From Planctomycetota bacterium (GTDB lineage: Bacteria > Planctomycetota > JAJSAM01 > JAJVHW01): a DNA stretch of 64,000 bases. The notes beneath the pieces are model-generated. The model had not been told where the DNA came from. It did no database searches and worked only from the letters and a program-made list of their open reading frames with translations. A program made the position numbers and the translations under genes. Of this stretch, positions 47,199-59,982 are shown one piece after another. The stretch is taken from NCBI GenBank assembly GCA_965248445.1, contig CBDFJG010000003.1, positions 672,001-736,000 of the forward strand. The letters are read 5' to 3'. The stretch's first letter is position 1. Each line of letters opens with the position of its first letter.

Positions 47199-48140
47199 CT
47201 AGCTCAGATCCGCCGGCTCGCCGTACGTCCGCACCTTGATCGAGCGGTCGATCTTCCGCACGAACGCGGAGAGCGTCTTGCCGGGTCCCGGCTCCACGAA
47301 GTCGATCCCAGTGCCGACGGTCGCGGTGCCGATAGTCTCCATCGCGCCGCGCAGTGAGCGTTCGAACAAGACCGGCGAGACAACCTGCCGCTCGAGAGTT
47401 TCGCGGGCAGTCGCGCCGTCCGTTACCTCTGCGGCCGTGACGTTCGAGACCACGGGCACCGCCGGGTCCGCAAACTCGACCTCCGCGAGGTCGGCGGCGA
47501 GCCTGTCGGCCGCCGGTTGCATGACGGGTGAGTGAAACGCACCGGCCACGTTGAGCTCGACGACGCGACGGGCTCCGGCGTCGGTCAGCCGCTCGCAGGC
47601 CTGCACGAGCGCGCCGTTCTCGCCGCTCACGACCACCTGCCCGGGTGCATTCAGGTTGGCGACGACGACGACGCCGCCGCCAGCGCGCACCTCGCCACAG
47701 ATCTCCTCGACGCGCTCCGGGCTGAGCCCCATCACCGCGGCCATTCCCGACGGAGTCGCGTCCGACGCCTCCTGCATGTACTGGCCCCGCCGAGCGACCA
47801 GCCGGACCGCGTCCTCGAAGGAGAGCGTCCCCGCCAGGTGGTGCGCCGTGTACTCACCCAGACTGAGTCCGAGCAGGAGTCTGATCGCCGACCGGTCGAG
47901 CAAGCCCTCCTCCTCCAGCACGGCGACGATCGCGGCGGTACACGTCAGGATGGCGGGCTGGCAGACGTCCGTGCGGGCTACGTCCTCGTCCGTCCCCTCG
48001 AACACCGTCTTCGTCAGCGGCATCCCGAGGGCGTCGTCGGCGCGCCGGAACGTCTCGCGTGCGACCGGCCAGCGCTCGGCGAACTCGCGGCCCATACCCG
48101 CGAACTGAGCGCCCTGACCCGGGCAGAGGAGAACCGTCAT
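47199..48140 (-). CDS. fabD: Malonyl-CoA:ACP transacylase
   Basis: PGQGAQ, QPAI, GLSLGEY, VAGAFHS. Confidence 0.95.
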   Translation of the reverse strand: MTVLLCPGQGAQFAGMGREFAERWPVARETFRRADDALGMPLTKTVFEGTDEDVARTDVCQPAILTCTAAIVAVLEEEGLLDRSAIRLLLGLSLGEYTAHHLAGTLSFEDAVRLVARRGQYMQEASDATPSGMAAVMGLSPERVEEICGEVRAGGGVVVVANLNAPGQVVVSGENGALVQACERLTDAGARRVVELNVAGAFHSPVMQPAADRLAADLAEVEFADPAVPVVSNVTAAEVTDGATARETLERQVVSPVLFERSLRGAMETIGTATVGTGIDFVEPGPGKTLSAFVRKIDRSIKVRTYGEPADLS

Positions 48141-49171
48141 GCTGCGTCTTCTCCGTCGCCGCTGTCCGAGTCCTCGAGCGCGGCCAGTCCGTGCGCGATC
48201 CGCTCGTTGACTCCGTCCCGCACGTACGTGTCGGCGGCGGCGATCGCGTTTGCTATGGCCGACGCCGGACTGCGGCCGTGGCAGATCACGATGGCTCCTT
48301 CGTGCCCCATGAGCGGTGCTCCGCCGTACCGCGTGTAGTCAGTGCGGTGCCGCAGATCATCCAGGGCCTCGGTGACCGTGGCGTCGTCGCCGTTCCCGGC
48401 CGTCGCGGAGAGTCGGCCGAGCATGTGATGGACGAACGCGTCGAGGAGCCCCTCGGAGGCCTTCAGGATCACATTTCCCACGAACCCCTCGCAGACGATC
48501 ACGTCCAGGTCACCGGCGAAGATCTGCTGGCCCTCGACGTTTCCGACGAAGTCGATGCCCGGCAGCCGGCCGAGCGCGTCGAATGCCTCGCGCATGCGCG
48601 GCTCGCCCTTCGCCTCCTCCTCGCCGATGGCGAGCAGTCCCGCTCGCGGCACGGCCGTACCCACCACGGCCCGCGTGTACTCCGCGCCCATCACGGCGTA
48701 TTGAACAAGGTCGCCGGGGCGCGCCTGCGGGTTGGCGCCTACGTCGATGATGACACAGTGGCCGGTTCGGGTCGGGAACGGGGCTGCGATCCCGGCCCGC
48801 CGGACGCCCGGCAGCCGCGGCAGACCGAACGACGCCGCGGCCACAACGCCGCCGGTGTTTCCCGCGGACACGAGCGCGTCCGCCCGGCCGTCGGCCACCA
48901 GCTGCACGGCCCGGGCGATCGACGTGTCGTCCTTGCGCCGCACCGCCTCGACGGGACTCTCGTGCATCTCGACGACGTCGTCGGCATGGACGACAGAGAG
49001 GCCGGTAGGAAGACCGTCCGGCAGCTCGGCGAGGATCGCCGGCTCGGCGCCGACGAGGATCACACTCAGTCCCGGCGTCCGTTCGAGAGCCGCCAGCGCG
49101 CCGGCTACGCAGACGATCGGCGCGAAGTCGCCCCCCATCGCGTCCACCGCCACACGCGTATTGCTGGGCAT
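48137..49171 (-). CDS. plsX: Phosphate acyltransferase
   Basis: VDAMGGDFAP, SAGNTG, DVGAN, GEEEAKG, GNVEG, GFVGNVILK. Confidence 0.95.
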   Translation of the reverse strand: MPSNTRVAVDAMGGDFAPIVCVAGALAALERTPGLSVILVGAEPAILAELPDGLPTGLSVVHADDVVEMHESPVEAVRRKDDTSIARAVQLVADGRADALVSAGNTGGVVAAASFGLPRLPGVRRAGIAAPFPTRTGHCVIIDVGANPQARPGDLVQYAVMGAEYTRAVVGTAVPRAGLLAIGEEEAKGEPRMREAFDALGRLPGIDFVGNVEGQQIFAGDLDVIVCEGFVGNVILKASEGLLDAFVHHMLGRLSATAGNGDDATVTEALDDLRHRTDYTRYGGAPLMGHEGAIVICHGRSPASAIANAIAAADTYVRDGVNERIAHGLAALEDSDSGDGEDAA

Positions 49172-49206
49172 ATCGAGCGCGTCTCAGCCGGTCGGCCGGC
49201 GTGGCG

Positions 49207-49416
49207 CTACACCCCGTCGGTGAAGAGGACCTGGCGAGTCGACGAGGACTTGCCCTTGCGACGCACCCGGTAGTGTCCGCACGTCGGGCAGATCGAGTGC
49301 GGCGGCGTGGCCTGGCCGCAGTTGCCGCAGGGCACGAGGTGCGCCGGGGTCAGGTTGTCGTGGGTGCGCCTCTTGCGCTTCTTCGACTTCGACGTCTTGA
49401 ACTTCGGGACGGCCAC
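49207..49416 (-). CDS. rpmF: 50S ribosomal protein L32 (zinc-binding form)
   Basis: MAVPKFKTSKSKKRKRRTH, CGNC...CPTCG. Confidence 0.95.
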   Translation of the reverse strand: MAVPKFKTSKSKKRKRRTHDNLTPAHLVPCGNCGQATPPHSICPTCGHYRVRRKGKSSSTRQVLFTDGV

Positions 49417-49566
49417 CGGCGCCTCCTTGCCCACTGCGGTGCCCACCCGGTTGCGATCCGGGTGTGCGATCGGGGCGAACCCCGGACTCTAGCGAGGCCC
49501 GGAACTCCCCCGACGTTCTTTCGGGGCTGCCCCCAAGCCCTGGCACAGGGCCGCCTCAGCCTCGGA

Positions 49567-52230
<2,664 letters not shown>

Positions 52231-52451
52231 CGGTGCCTCCTCGCCGGCCGACGGCACGACGAACTCGGCATTCTGTTGCGCCGAGACCCCATCCCGACGG
52301 GAAAGCCGCCGGTCCGGGCGCCGCCCCTCACCCGACCCCTGGAGCGCCGGCTGGCGGTCTCGCCCGATCCACAGAGGGTCCCACCCCCACGCGGCGCCGG
52401 TCCGATCCGAATCGTGCCAACAGCGTCAGCTGTTGGACCAGACATAACGAA

Positions 52452-52479
52452 CAACGAGCCGGCTTACGCCGGCTCGTTG
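52452..52479 (-). terminator. Probable intrinsic terminator of the recA transcript
   Basis: 12-bp stem CAACGAGCCGGC/GCCGGCTCGTTG, GTAA loop on the minus strand, followed by TTCGTTATGT. Confidence 0.6.
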
Positions 52480-52572
52480 AGAGTGAAGGCCGTTCTCACT
52501 GGCACCTGCTGTGGATGCAGCCGGGACCGGAGTGCTGTCAGGCAGACGACCTCCGCCGTCAGGATCTCAATT

Positions 52573-53664
52573 AGGGGCTCCCCCCTTCGCTCAGGTTGAG
52601 CGTCCGATCGGGTGACTAACATCGCACTTACAAGGAGGTGCGATGACCGGTGCCATGATCCCCTTTGCGCGCGACGACTCGCTGCCGGGCACACTCGCCG
52701 AGTTTGTCGTGAGGTTCTCCGACGAAGATCGGTGTGCAGCCCTGCTGCGCCGGTGGAAGTACGGCGAGGGCGGCTTCCGCTGTCCAGCGTGCGGCGGCGA
52801 GGAGGCGTGGTTCCTGCCGTCACGCCGGCTCGACGAGTGTTGTGCCTGCCACAAGCAGGTTTCGCTCACCGCCGGCACCGTCATGCACGGGTCTCGCAAG
52901 CCGCTACGGCTGTGGTTCCTGGCCATGTATCTGTTCGTGTCGAGCAAGCGAGGCATCTCCGCACTCGAGCTGCAGCGCGAGCTTGGACTGGCCAAGTACC
53001 AGACCGCTTGGACATGGCTGCACAAGTTGCGAAACGCCATCGCGATGCGATCCACCGCGCCGCTGCGCGGACACCTCGAGATCGACGAGACCTGGGAAGG
53101 CGGACTGCGACATGGCCGGCCGGGGCGTCCCAAGGTCGGCGACCGCAGCGCGCTGGTCATGGGAGCCGTCGAGATCTCACCGCGTCACGCCCTCATCGGT
53201 CGCATCCGTCTCGAATCCATCGCCGATGGTTCGGCTGACACGGTCAAGGCGTTCCTCGAGCAGCACGTCGCCGCACGCTCAGTGCTGTTCACCGACGACT
53301 GGCGTAGCTATCGAAAGCCGGCTGACGACTTGGAGCACGACCATCGACCGACCAACGTGTCGAAGTCCGACGACGAGGCACACGTTGTGCTACCTGCGAT
53401 CCACCGCGTCTTCTCGCTGCTCCATCGCGTGCTCTTGGGCACGTTCCAGGGCGGCGTGCGACGCAAGTACCTCCCCAGCTACCTGGCGGAGTTCGAGTTC
53501 CGGTTCAACCGACGCACATCGAAGCGACGTGGACTGCTGTTCCAACGACTACTCGCCTGCGCCGTGCGGCGATGCCCTCCCTTCCACTGGGAGATCGTTG
53601 GGCGAACCGATGCGCGCACGCCACTCGCCGCCGCAGCCTGACCTGAGTGAAGAGGGGATCCCCT
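52573..53664 (+). mobile_element. IS1595-family element (1092 bp)
   Basis: 24-bp IRs with 21/24 identity (AGGGGCTCCCCCCTTCGCTCAGGT / AGGGGATCCCCTCTTCACTCAGGT); 8-bp TSD TCTCAATT at 52565-52572 and 53665-53672. Confidence 0.95.
52643..53641 (+). CDS. IS1595 transposase
   Basis: Zinc ribbon CPAC..CCAC, SLTAGT, KRGISALELQR, EIDET, TDDW, YLAEFEFRFNRR. Confidence 0.95.
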   Translation: MTGAMIPFARDDSLPGTLAEFVVRFSDEDRCAALLRRWKYGEGGFRCPACGGEEAWFLPSRRLDECCACHKQVSLTAGTVMHGSRKPLRLWFLAMYLFVSSKRGISALELQRELGLAKYQTAWTWLHKLRNAIAMRSTAPLRGHLEIDETWEGGLRHGRPGRPKVGDRSALVMGAVEISPRHALIGRIRLESIADGSADTVKAFLEQHVAARSVLFTDDWRSYRKPADDLEHDHRPTNVSKSDDEAHVVLPAIHRVFSLLHRVLLGTFQGGVRRKYLPSYLAEFEFRFNRRTSKRRGLLFQRLLACAVRRCPPFHWEIVGRTDARTPLAAAA

Positions 53665-53685
53665 TCTCAATTTAGTCTATGTCGT

Positions 53686-54861
53686 CTATGTCGTCTGGGG
53701 CGCGGTCAGGTCAGCGGTCACGCTATCCGCCCCATCCGACACCCCCGATGCTGCCGCGCCGGTCTCGGGCTCCTCGGCTTCGTAGAGATCCGGGAGCTCG
53801 GCCCGGAGTACCTTCTCCTGGACCTCCTCCAGCATCTCCGGGGTCTCCCGGAGCAGCGTGCAGACCCGTTCCCGGCCCTGTCCGAGCCGCTCACCCTGGT
53901 AGCTGAACCAGGAGCCCGCCTTCTCGATGATGCGGTGTGTGACCGCGAGATCGAGCACCTCGGCCTCGCGGTAAATGCCCTGGTTGAAACGGATCTCGAA
54001 CTCCGTGCGGCGGAACGGCGGGGCGATCTTGTTCTTCACCACCGTGGCCTTGACGCGGCTGCCGACGACATCGTCGCGGTCCTTGACCTGACCGATGCGG
54101 CGCAGGTCGATGCGCACCGATGCGTAGAACTTCAACGCCCGGCCGCCGGGCTGCGTCTCGGGGCTGCCGAACATGACGCCGATCTTCTCGCGGATCTGGT
54201 TCGTGAAGACCACGGTCGTCGTGCTCCGGGCGATGGCGCCCGTCAGCTTGCGAAGGGCCTGGGACATCAGGCGCGCCTGCAGGCCCACGTGCGTGTCCCC
54301 CATCTCGCCCTCGAGCTCCGCACGTGGCACCAGTGCCGCCACGGAGTCGATGACCACGATGTCGACGGCGTTCGAACGCACGAGGGTCTCGACGATCTCG
54401 AGCGCCTGTTCGCCGGAGTCCGGCTGGGAGATGAGCAAGTCGTCCACGTTCACGCCGACCCGCGCGGCGTAGTTGGGGTCGAGGGCGTGCTCGGCGTCCA
54501 CGAAGGCGGCGGTGCCGCCCAGCTTCTGCACCTCGGCGACGAGGTGGGACGTGAGGGTCGTCTTGCCCGACGCCTCGGGGCCGTAGATCTCGATGATGCG
54601 TCCGCGGGGGATGCCCCGGCCGCCGAGTGCCAGATCGAGCCCCAGGCTGCCGGTCGAGACGCATTGCACGCTCATGCGTGACGCCTCGTTCATCCGCATG
54701 ATCGCGCCCTTGCCGAACTGCCGTTCGATCTGCGCGATGGCAGCGTCGAGCGCTTGCTTGCGCCGGTCGCCGGAGAGCCGCTGGCCCCCGGAGAGCGCCA
54801 CGCCTCCATCACTGTGGCGCGTCGTCGAGCGCTCGGACGTCTTGTTGTTTCGCCTCACCAT
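53686..54861 (-). CDS. recA: Recombinase RecA
   Basis: [55 protein letters not shown] 54861 with SD GAGGAG. Confidence 0.98.
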   Translation of the reverse strand: MVRRNNKTSERSTTRHSDGGVALSGGQRLSGDRRKQALDAAIAQIERQFGKGAIMRMNEASRMSVQCVSTGSLGLDLALGGRGIPRGRIIEIYGPEASGKTTLTSHLVAEVQKLGGTAAFVDAEHALDPNYAARVGVNVDDLLISQPDSGEQALEIVETLVRSNAVDIVVIDSVAALVPRAELEGEMGDTHVGLQARLMSQALRKLTGAIARSTTTVVFTNQIREKIGVMFGSPETQPGGRALKFYASVRIDLRRIGQVKDRDDVVGSRVKATVVKNKIAPPFRRTEFEIRFNQGIYREAEVLDLAVTHRIIEKAGSWFSYQGERLGQGRERVCTLLRETPEMLEEVQEKVLRAELPDLYEAEEPETGAAASGVSDGADSVTADLTAPQTT

Positions 54862-54954
54862 CTGGTCACTCCTCACCTTCGATCAGGTTCTGCCGGTCGT
54901 ATCTGTGAATGTGCTGAAAGGACGCTGCTTGCTGGATCAGCGAGCCAGCCTGAA

Positions 54955-55572
54955 TCAGCGAAAGAGCGGAAATGTGGCCCGAACCGAGTAGTGCGATCCG
55001 TGTGGTGTGAGTTCGCTCTCCACGAGCGCGATCTCGTTCACAAGGAAGGTGCCGGCCACGCCGACATCCTCCACTTCTGATCGTTTCCGTCCGCTCACCA
55101 AGACGTCCGCGACGCTCACCGCGCCGATCTCGGATCGGACGCGGGCCACGGTGATGTGTGGGGTGTAGGCCCGCCCGGACTTGGAAGACTCCGGTGGGAA
55201 GCCGAGTGGCTCGACCGCCGTGCTCACGGCGGACTCGAGGGCCGTTAGCACACCCTCCGGGTCGTGCACCGGCCGGTGGACGATCCGTGGACGCTGCGGA
55301 CGGGGAAATGCGCTGAAGCCCGTGGTCAGCATGACGCGGGCCGGACGCACGGTCGCAGCCGCCTCTGCGATGGCGCGTTCGATCGCCCCGACATCTCCTG
55401 TGTTGATGTCTCCCGTGGTCTTCTCGACCGTGCCCAGAAAGCGCACCGTGATGTGCAGATTCGGTTCGCGTACCCGCCTGAGACCCGGCACACCCGCCAG
55501 CAGAGCTGCGGCCTCTTCCGCGGTGCGGATCCGGAGTGCCTCGGGCAGCAGTGCAGCGGTGAAGAGTCGCAT
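54955..55572 (-). CDS. thpR: RNA 2',3'-cyclic phosphodiesterase
   Basis: MRLF, two HxT motifs (LHITVRFLG, PHITVAR); usual position upstream of recA. Confidence 0.9.
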   Translation of the reverse strand: MRLFTAALLPEALRIRTAEEAAALLAGVPGLRRVREPNLHITVRFLGTVEKTTGDINTGDVGAIERAIAEAAATVRPARVMLTTGFSAFPRPQRPRIVHRPVHDPEGVLTALESAVSTAVEPLGFPPESSKSGRAYTPHITVARVRSEIGAVSVADVLVSGRKRSEVEDVGVAGTFLVNEIALVESELTPHGSHYSVRATFPLFR

Positions 55573-55629
55573 GGAAGATGGAGACGTCGTTCGTCAAGGC
55601 GCTCGAGGCGCTCACTCTCAGGCTCACTC

Positions 55630-56559
55630 TCAAGAGATGAAGTGCAGGAACTCCTGCAGGCGCATGTCGAAGTCCTCGCGGGTCGCCGCCGCGAGGGAGC
55701 GGGTGCCGAAACCGGCCACGGTGAACGAGGCCGCCACCGTGCCGTACGCCATCCCGCGCTTGATGCTTCCGATGCTCACGGTCCCCGGCCCAAGACGCTC
55801 GGCGCTGGCGAGGTAGCCCATCAGCCCGCCCGCGAAGGAGTCGCCCGCCCCGGTCGGATCGATGACCTCGGAGACCGGATAGGCGGGGATGGCATGCATC
55901 ACGTAGGTCGAGAACAGGAACGCCCCGTGCTCGCCCTTCTTCACGACGACGAGTTTCGGGCCGAGTTCGAGTGCCTTCTGGCCGGCGCGGATCAGATTGC
56001 GCTCGCCGGTCAGGCTGCGGCACTCCTCGTCGTTCATCACGACGGCGTCGACGTTGCGGAGAACCTCGAGCAGCCCGTCGCGGGCGTGGTCGATCCAGAG
56101 GTTCATCGTGTCGGCCATCGCGAAGCGGCGCCCGGGTGTCTGCGCGAGAACCTCGAGTTGCACCCGCGGGTCGGCGTTGGCCAAGAACACGAACGGTGTG
56201 TCGCGATACGCCGGGGGCAGCTTCGGTTCGAACGTACCGAGGACGTTCAACTGCGTGTCGAGCGTCTCGGCCACGTTCATGTCGCCCTCGTACTTGCCCG
56301 ACCATCGGAACGTCTTCCCGTCCTCCACCACCTCGAGCCCCGCGATGTCGATGTCCCGCCCGGATTTCTGGGAGTCGGTGAAGACGCGCAGCCGGTCCTC
56401 GCCGAAGTCCGGGCCCACCGCCGCCACCAGCCGCACGGGGCTGAACAGCGAGGCCGAGAGCGAGAAGAACGTGGCGCTCCCACCGGTCTCCTCGGTGACC
56501 TCTCCGTGCGGCGTCGCGATGGAATCGAATGCGACGGTTCCAACCACCAACAAGGACAT
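55630..56559 (-). CDS. PfkB-family carbohydrate/nucleoside kinase
   Basis: GGSATF, DTMNLWI, KKGEHGA, DPTGAGDSFAGG. Confidence 0.93.
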   Translation of the reverse strand: MSLLVVGTVAFDSIATPHGEVTEETGGSATFFSLSASLFSPVRLVAAVGPDFGEDRLRVFTDSQKSGRDIDIAGLEVVEDGKTFRWSGKYEGDMNVAETLDTQLNVLGTFEPKLPPAYRDTPFVFLANADPRVQLEVLAQTPGRRFAMADTMNLWIDHARDGLLEVLRNVDAVVMNDEECRSLTGERNLIRAGQKALELGPKLVVVKKGEHGAFLFSTYVMHAIPAYPVSEVIDPTGAGDSFAGGLMGYLASAERLGPGTVSIGSIKRGMAYGTVAASFTVAGFGTRSLAAATREDFDMRLQEFLHFIS

Positions 56560-56771
56560 GCGGAAGACCCCTCCGGTTACACGCGACGAGACAGGCCCAA
56601 CCCGTGCGCACCAATCGCGCCATCCGCGTCAGCGGATGGGCCCAAGAAAACAGCCTAGGAGTCTGGAGGGACAGGCGCTGAGGGGGTGGAGAGAGCGCCA
56701 GACGGGTCATCTAACAAAACACTAACAGAAGGCGCTGACACGTCCCAGGTGATCCTGGGCGGCCGGATACC

Positions 56772-58010
56772 TCAGGCGGTCTCGTCGCCGGAGGCGGGGC
56801 CGGCCGCCTCCTCGCGAGCCTTGCGCAACTCGCCGCGGTCGGTCATCACGTAGAGGCCCCCGAGAAGGCTCCAGAACATCATGAGCATGCCGCCCAGGAC
56901 CGACAGCGCGAGGGCCGGAGCGCGCCCCACTCCGACCTGGTCGAAGAAGTACACGAACGCCGACTCGCGCAGACCCCATCCGCCCGGCAGCAGCGGCACC
57001 GCGGAGACCATCCACCCCGCGGGGAGCACCACCAGATAGTCGGTGAGCGGCACCGGGTCGCCCCCGCGCGTCGTCATGTGCAGCGCGTGCGCGAACAGGA
57101 TGAAGATCCCCTGCACGGCGATCTGGTTGGCGAACGACAACAGCAGCGCGACGACGAGCTCCCTCTTGCGGTATCGGTAGAAGAACATCGCCTGGTCCAG
57201 CCGCTTGAGCAGCCGGCCGCCGGGCAACCGTTCGACGATCTGCTCGTACCGCACCAGCTTCCGCACGAACCTGCTGAAGAACAGCATCGAGCCGACCGCG
57301 AGCGCTCCGAGGAACCCGAAGATGAAGAGAGCGAGCTGGCGGTACTCGGGGTTGTCCAGGCGGGTCAGCAGCACCGCCGCCGCGATCATCGCCAGGGCGA
57401 TGATGCCCGCTATCCGGTCCACGAGGACCGTGAGGAACGCCTCGGCACGCTTCTCGGTGTGGCTGCTGGCGTAGATCGCCTTGATCACGTCGCCACCCGT
57501 GGCCCCGGGGACCACGTTGTTGAAGAAGAAGCCGACGAAGGTCAGCTTGTGCGCCGTTCGGAACGAGATGTCGATCCCCTGCCCGCGGAGCAACAGCCAC
57601 CAACGCACGATCCCGAAGTGGCTACAGAGAAAGAACAGCAGGGAGCCCAGCGCCAGGAGCCCCACGTTGCTGCGCTTCACGATGCGGATCAGGCCCTCGT
57701 TGACGATCGGGACCGGCTGATCGGCCTCCGTGTCGAGAGCGAGCATGTCCCTCGTGAACGTGCACGTCGCGTGGGGATCGTGCAAGTCGTACTCGAACTC
57801 GATCGTGGTCGTCTCGGTCCAGACGCTCGGCAGCACGGCATTGGCGATCGTCCCCCGCCGCACCTCCCCGTTCGCCAGCGTGACCGAGTCGCGCCACGCG
57901 ACCGAGGTCAGGATGTAGACGAGGAGGACCGCGCCCAGAACGCGCGGTATCCACGCGAGAAGACGCCGCATGCCGGACGGGCGCGGCGGCCCGGGAGTCC
58001 CGCTCGTCAC
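56772..58010 (-). CDS. Lysylphosphatidylglycerol-synthase TM / flippase-like protein
   Basis: RWWLLL, GFFFNNVVPGATGGDVIKA, VLVDR, PGGWGLRE; start 58010 (GTGA) or 57971. Confidence 0.85.
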   Translation of the reverse strand: MTSGTPGPPRPSGMRRLLAWIPRVLGAVLLVYILTSVAWRDSVTLANGEVRRGTIANAVLPSVWTETTTIEFEYDLHDPHATCTFTRDMLALDTEADQPVPIVNEGLIRIVKRSNVGLLALGSLLFFLCSHFGIVRWWLLLRGQGIDISFRTAHKLTFVGFFFNNVVPGATGGDVIKAIYASSHTEKRAEAFLTVLVDRIAGIIALAMIAAAVLLTRLDNPEYRQLALFIFGFLGALAVGSMLFFSRFVRKLVRYEQIVERLPGGRLLKRLDQAMFFYRYRKRELVVALLLSFANQIAVQGIFILFAHALHMTTRGGDPVPLTDYLVVLPAGWMVSAVPLLPGGWGLRESAFVYFFDQVGVGRAPALALSVLGGMLMMFWSLLGGLYVMTDRGELRKAREEAAGPASGDETA

Positions 58011-59158
58011 TTTCCAGCGGTGTCCGCCGTGGTCGCCGCGGCCGCGGGCTGCGCGTCGGGAACGGGAGCCTCGTCGGCGCTGCGCGACTCCCAGTACTCG
58101 CGCCAGGCGCCCACGTCTGCGCCCAGATCCTGCCCCGTCGTCACCCGCAGTGCGCGCACCGCGGCGCTGCGCACGGCCCCGGCGGAGTCGTTCAGCGCCA
58201 TCAGGAGCGGAGGTACGGCATCGGCTTCGTCGAACGCTCCGAGCGCCATGACGGCGTCCCGGCGGACCGCCGACGACGGGTCCTGCCGGACCACGCGGCC
58301 GAGTGCGTCGGGCGCCATGCGCGGGCGCAGTTCTGCGAGACGGCCGGCAGCGGCGCTGCGCACCGTCTCCGCGTCGTCTCCGAGGACGGCCACAAGAAGC
58401 GTGAGTCGCACGATGGCGCCGCTCAGGCGACCCATCGAGTCGTCCAGCGGAGCCAGCACGGCGGGCTCGCCGCGGTATGGATCGAGTGCGTTGGACGTCA
58501 GCGTCTTCAGCACGGTTCGCGCGGTCCGGAGCTTGCCGCGGTACGCGCGGCGGGCGCGGAGGAGCGGCGCGGTCGCCTTGGGTGCGGTGACGTTCTCGAA
58601 CTCGAAGAGCGACACGATCGTCACGGCGATCTCGACGTCTTCGTACGTCGGGACGGTGTCGTCCGCGCCGTCGGTGACGTCCTTCATCACCTTGAGCGCC
58701 TCGATCATCGACTCTTCGCTGGCCGACTGGCCCTCGGCCGGTTCGAACGAAACGGTCCACTTCGAGATGCCCGCCAGCGTGTCTACCGCCTCGACACGCA
58801 TGAGCGCGAAGTCGTGCTCGGTGGCGACCTCGGAGACGATCTGCGCCACCCGCGCGGCGTCGTCCCACCCCGAGTACTGGACGGCTGCCAGTTCGCGCAG
58901 CGCTGCGGTGGCCTGTTCCAACGGGTCCTCGACATCGCGGCGCAGCGTCCAGGTGCCCTCGACGTGCACGCTCGCGAGCGTCTCGAGGTGCTCGGACGGC
59001 GTCGGGTCGGAGCCGAGCAGGTTCTCGACGCTCCTGGACAGGTCCGCGGCGTAGTCCTCGAGGCCCTTCGTCGACTCGCAGCCGGCCAGCGGGAGCAGGA
59101 ACAAGCCCAGCGGAAGGACCAAGCGATGCAGCAGCCGTCGCATTCCGTTCCCCCTCAT
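58007..59158 (-). CDS. HEAT-repeat lipoprotein
   Basis: Lipobox LAGC; HEAT repeats VRSAAA, VRRDAV, VRSAAVRAL; TGQDLG..W. Confidence 0.82.
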   Translation of the reverse strand: MRGNGMRRLLHRLVLPLGLFLLPLAGCESTKGLEDYAADLSRSVENLLGSDPTPSEHLETLASVHVEGTWTLRRDVEDPLEQATAALRELAAVQYSGWDDAARVAQIVSEVATEHDFALMRVEAVDTLAGISKWTVSFEPAEGQSASEESMIEALKVMKDVTDGADDTVPTYEDVEIAVTIVSLFEFENVTAPKATAPLLRARRAYRGKLRTARTVLKTLTSNALDPYRGEPAVLAPLDDSMGRLSGAIVRLTLLVAVLGDDAETVRSAAAGRLAELRPRMAPDALGRVVRQDPSSAVRRDAVMALGAFDEADAVPPLLMALNDSAGAVRSAAVRALRVTTGQDLGADVGAWREYWESRSADEAPVPDAQPAAAATTADTAGK

Positions 59159-59982
59159 GCGTCTGCCTCTTCGGCGTCGGGCACGCCCCGCGCGACACCC
59201 ATGATCGAGTACCCGCAATCGACCGGGATGTGAACGCCGGTGACTCCGGACGCCAGGTCCGAGACGAGGAACGCCACGGCACCACCGACGTCCTCGGCGG
59301 TGACGTTCCGGCGCAACGGGGCCGAGTGCCTCGCGTGGTCGAGCATCTTGCCAAAGTCGCCGATCCCGGATGCACTCAGCGTGCGGATGGGGCCCGGCGC
59401 CGCGCTGTTCACGCGGATGCCGGCAGAACCGAGGTCGTATGCGAGGTAGCGCACCGCGGAATCGAGAGCCGCCTTGGCCACCCCCATCACGTTGTAGTTG
59501 GGGACCACGCGCTCGCCGCCCAGGTATGAGAGTGCCACGATCGATCCGCCCTCGGTCATCAGCGGCGCGAACGCGCGGGACACGGATATGAGTGAGTACG
59601 CGCTGATCTCGAGGGCGGTGCCGAAGCCATCCTTGGTCGTATCGCGGAACAGGCCCTTCAACTCCGCCGGGTTGGCGAATGCGATCGAGTGCACCAGGAA
59701 GTCCAGGCGCCCCCACCGCTCCGACAGGGCCTGTGCAGCCGCAGAGACCGTGTCTTCGTCGGTGACGTCGACGAGGAGCACGGGGACCTCGCGTTCACCT
59801 GGAAGCCCCTCGGTCAACGCCGGGAGCCCCTTGGTCAATGAGCGGGCGGACTCGAGGAATCGGTCACTCTGCACGGTGACCGCGAGTTCTGCGCCGAGCC
59901 CCGCGCAGGTCTTCGCGATGCCCCACGCCAGACTGCGCTTGTTGGCGACGCCGAGCACCACCCCGCGCTTCCCCTGCAGCAT
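59155..59982 (-). CDS. fabI: Enoyl-ACP reductase
   Basis: GVANKRSLAWGIA, HSIAFA, ISAYS, YNVMGVAKAAL, GPIRTL. Confidence 0.96.
   Translation of the reverse strand: MLQGKRGVVLGVANKRSLAWGIAKTCAGLGAELAVTVQSDRFLESARSLTKGLPALTEGLPGEREVPVLLVDVTDEDTVSAAAQALSERWGRLDFLVHSIAFANPAELKGLFRDTTKDGFGTALEISAYSLISVSRAFAPLMTEGGSIVALSYLGGERVVPNYNVMGVAKAALDSAVRYLAYDLGSAGIRVNSAAPGPIRTLSASGIGDFGKMLDHARHSAPLRRNVTAEDVGGAVAFLVSDLASGVTGVHIPVDCGYSIMGVARGVPDAEEADA

Noticed and set aside
52231..52450. T-box or other leader upstream of alaS
   Set aside because: No T-box consensus; only generic hairpins
54862..54955. LexA box upstream of recA
   Set aside because: No convincing palindrome matching a known SOS box
56772..59375. 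867-aa ORF as a single fusion protein
   Set aside because: The upstream half is a shadow frame over the HEAT lipoprotein and fabI; only the part from about 58010 looks coding
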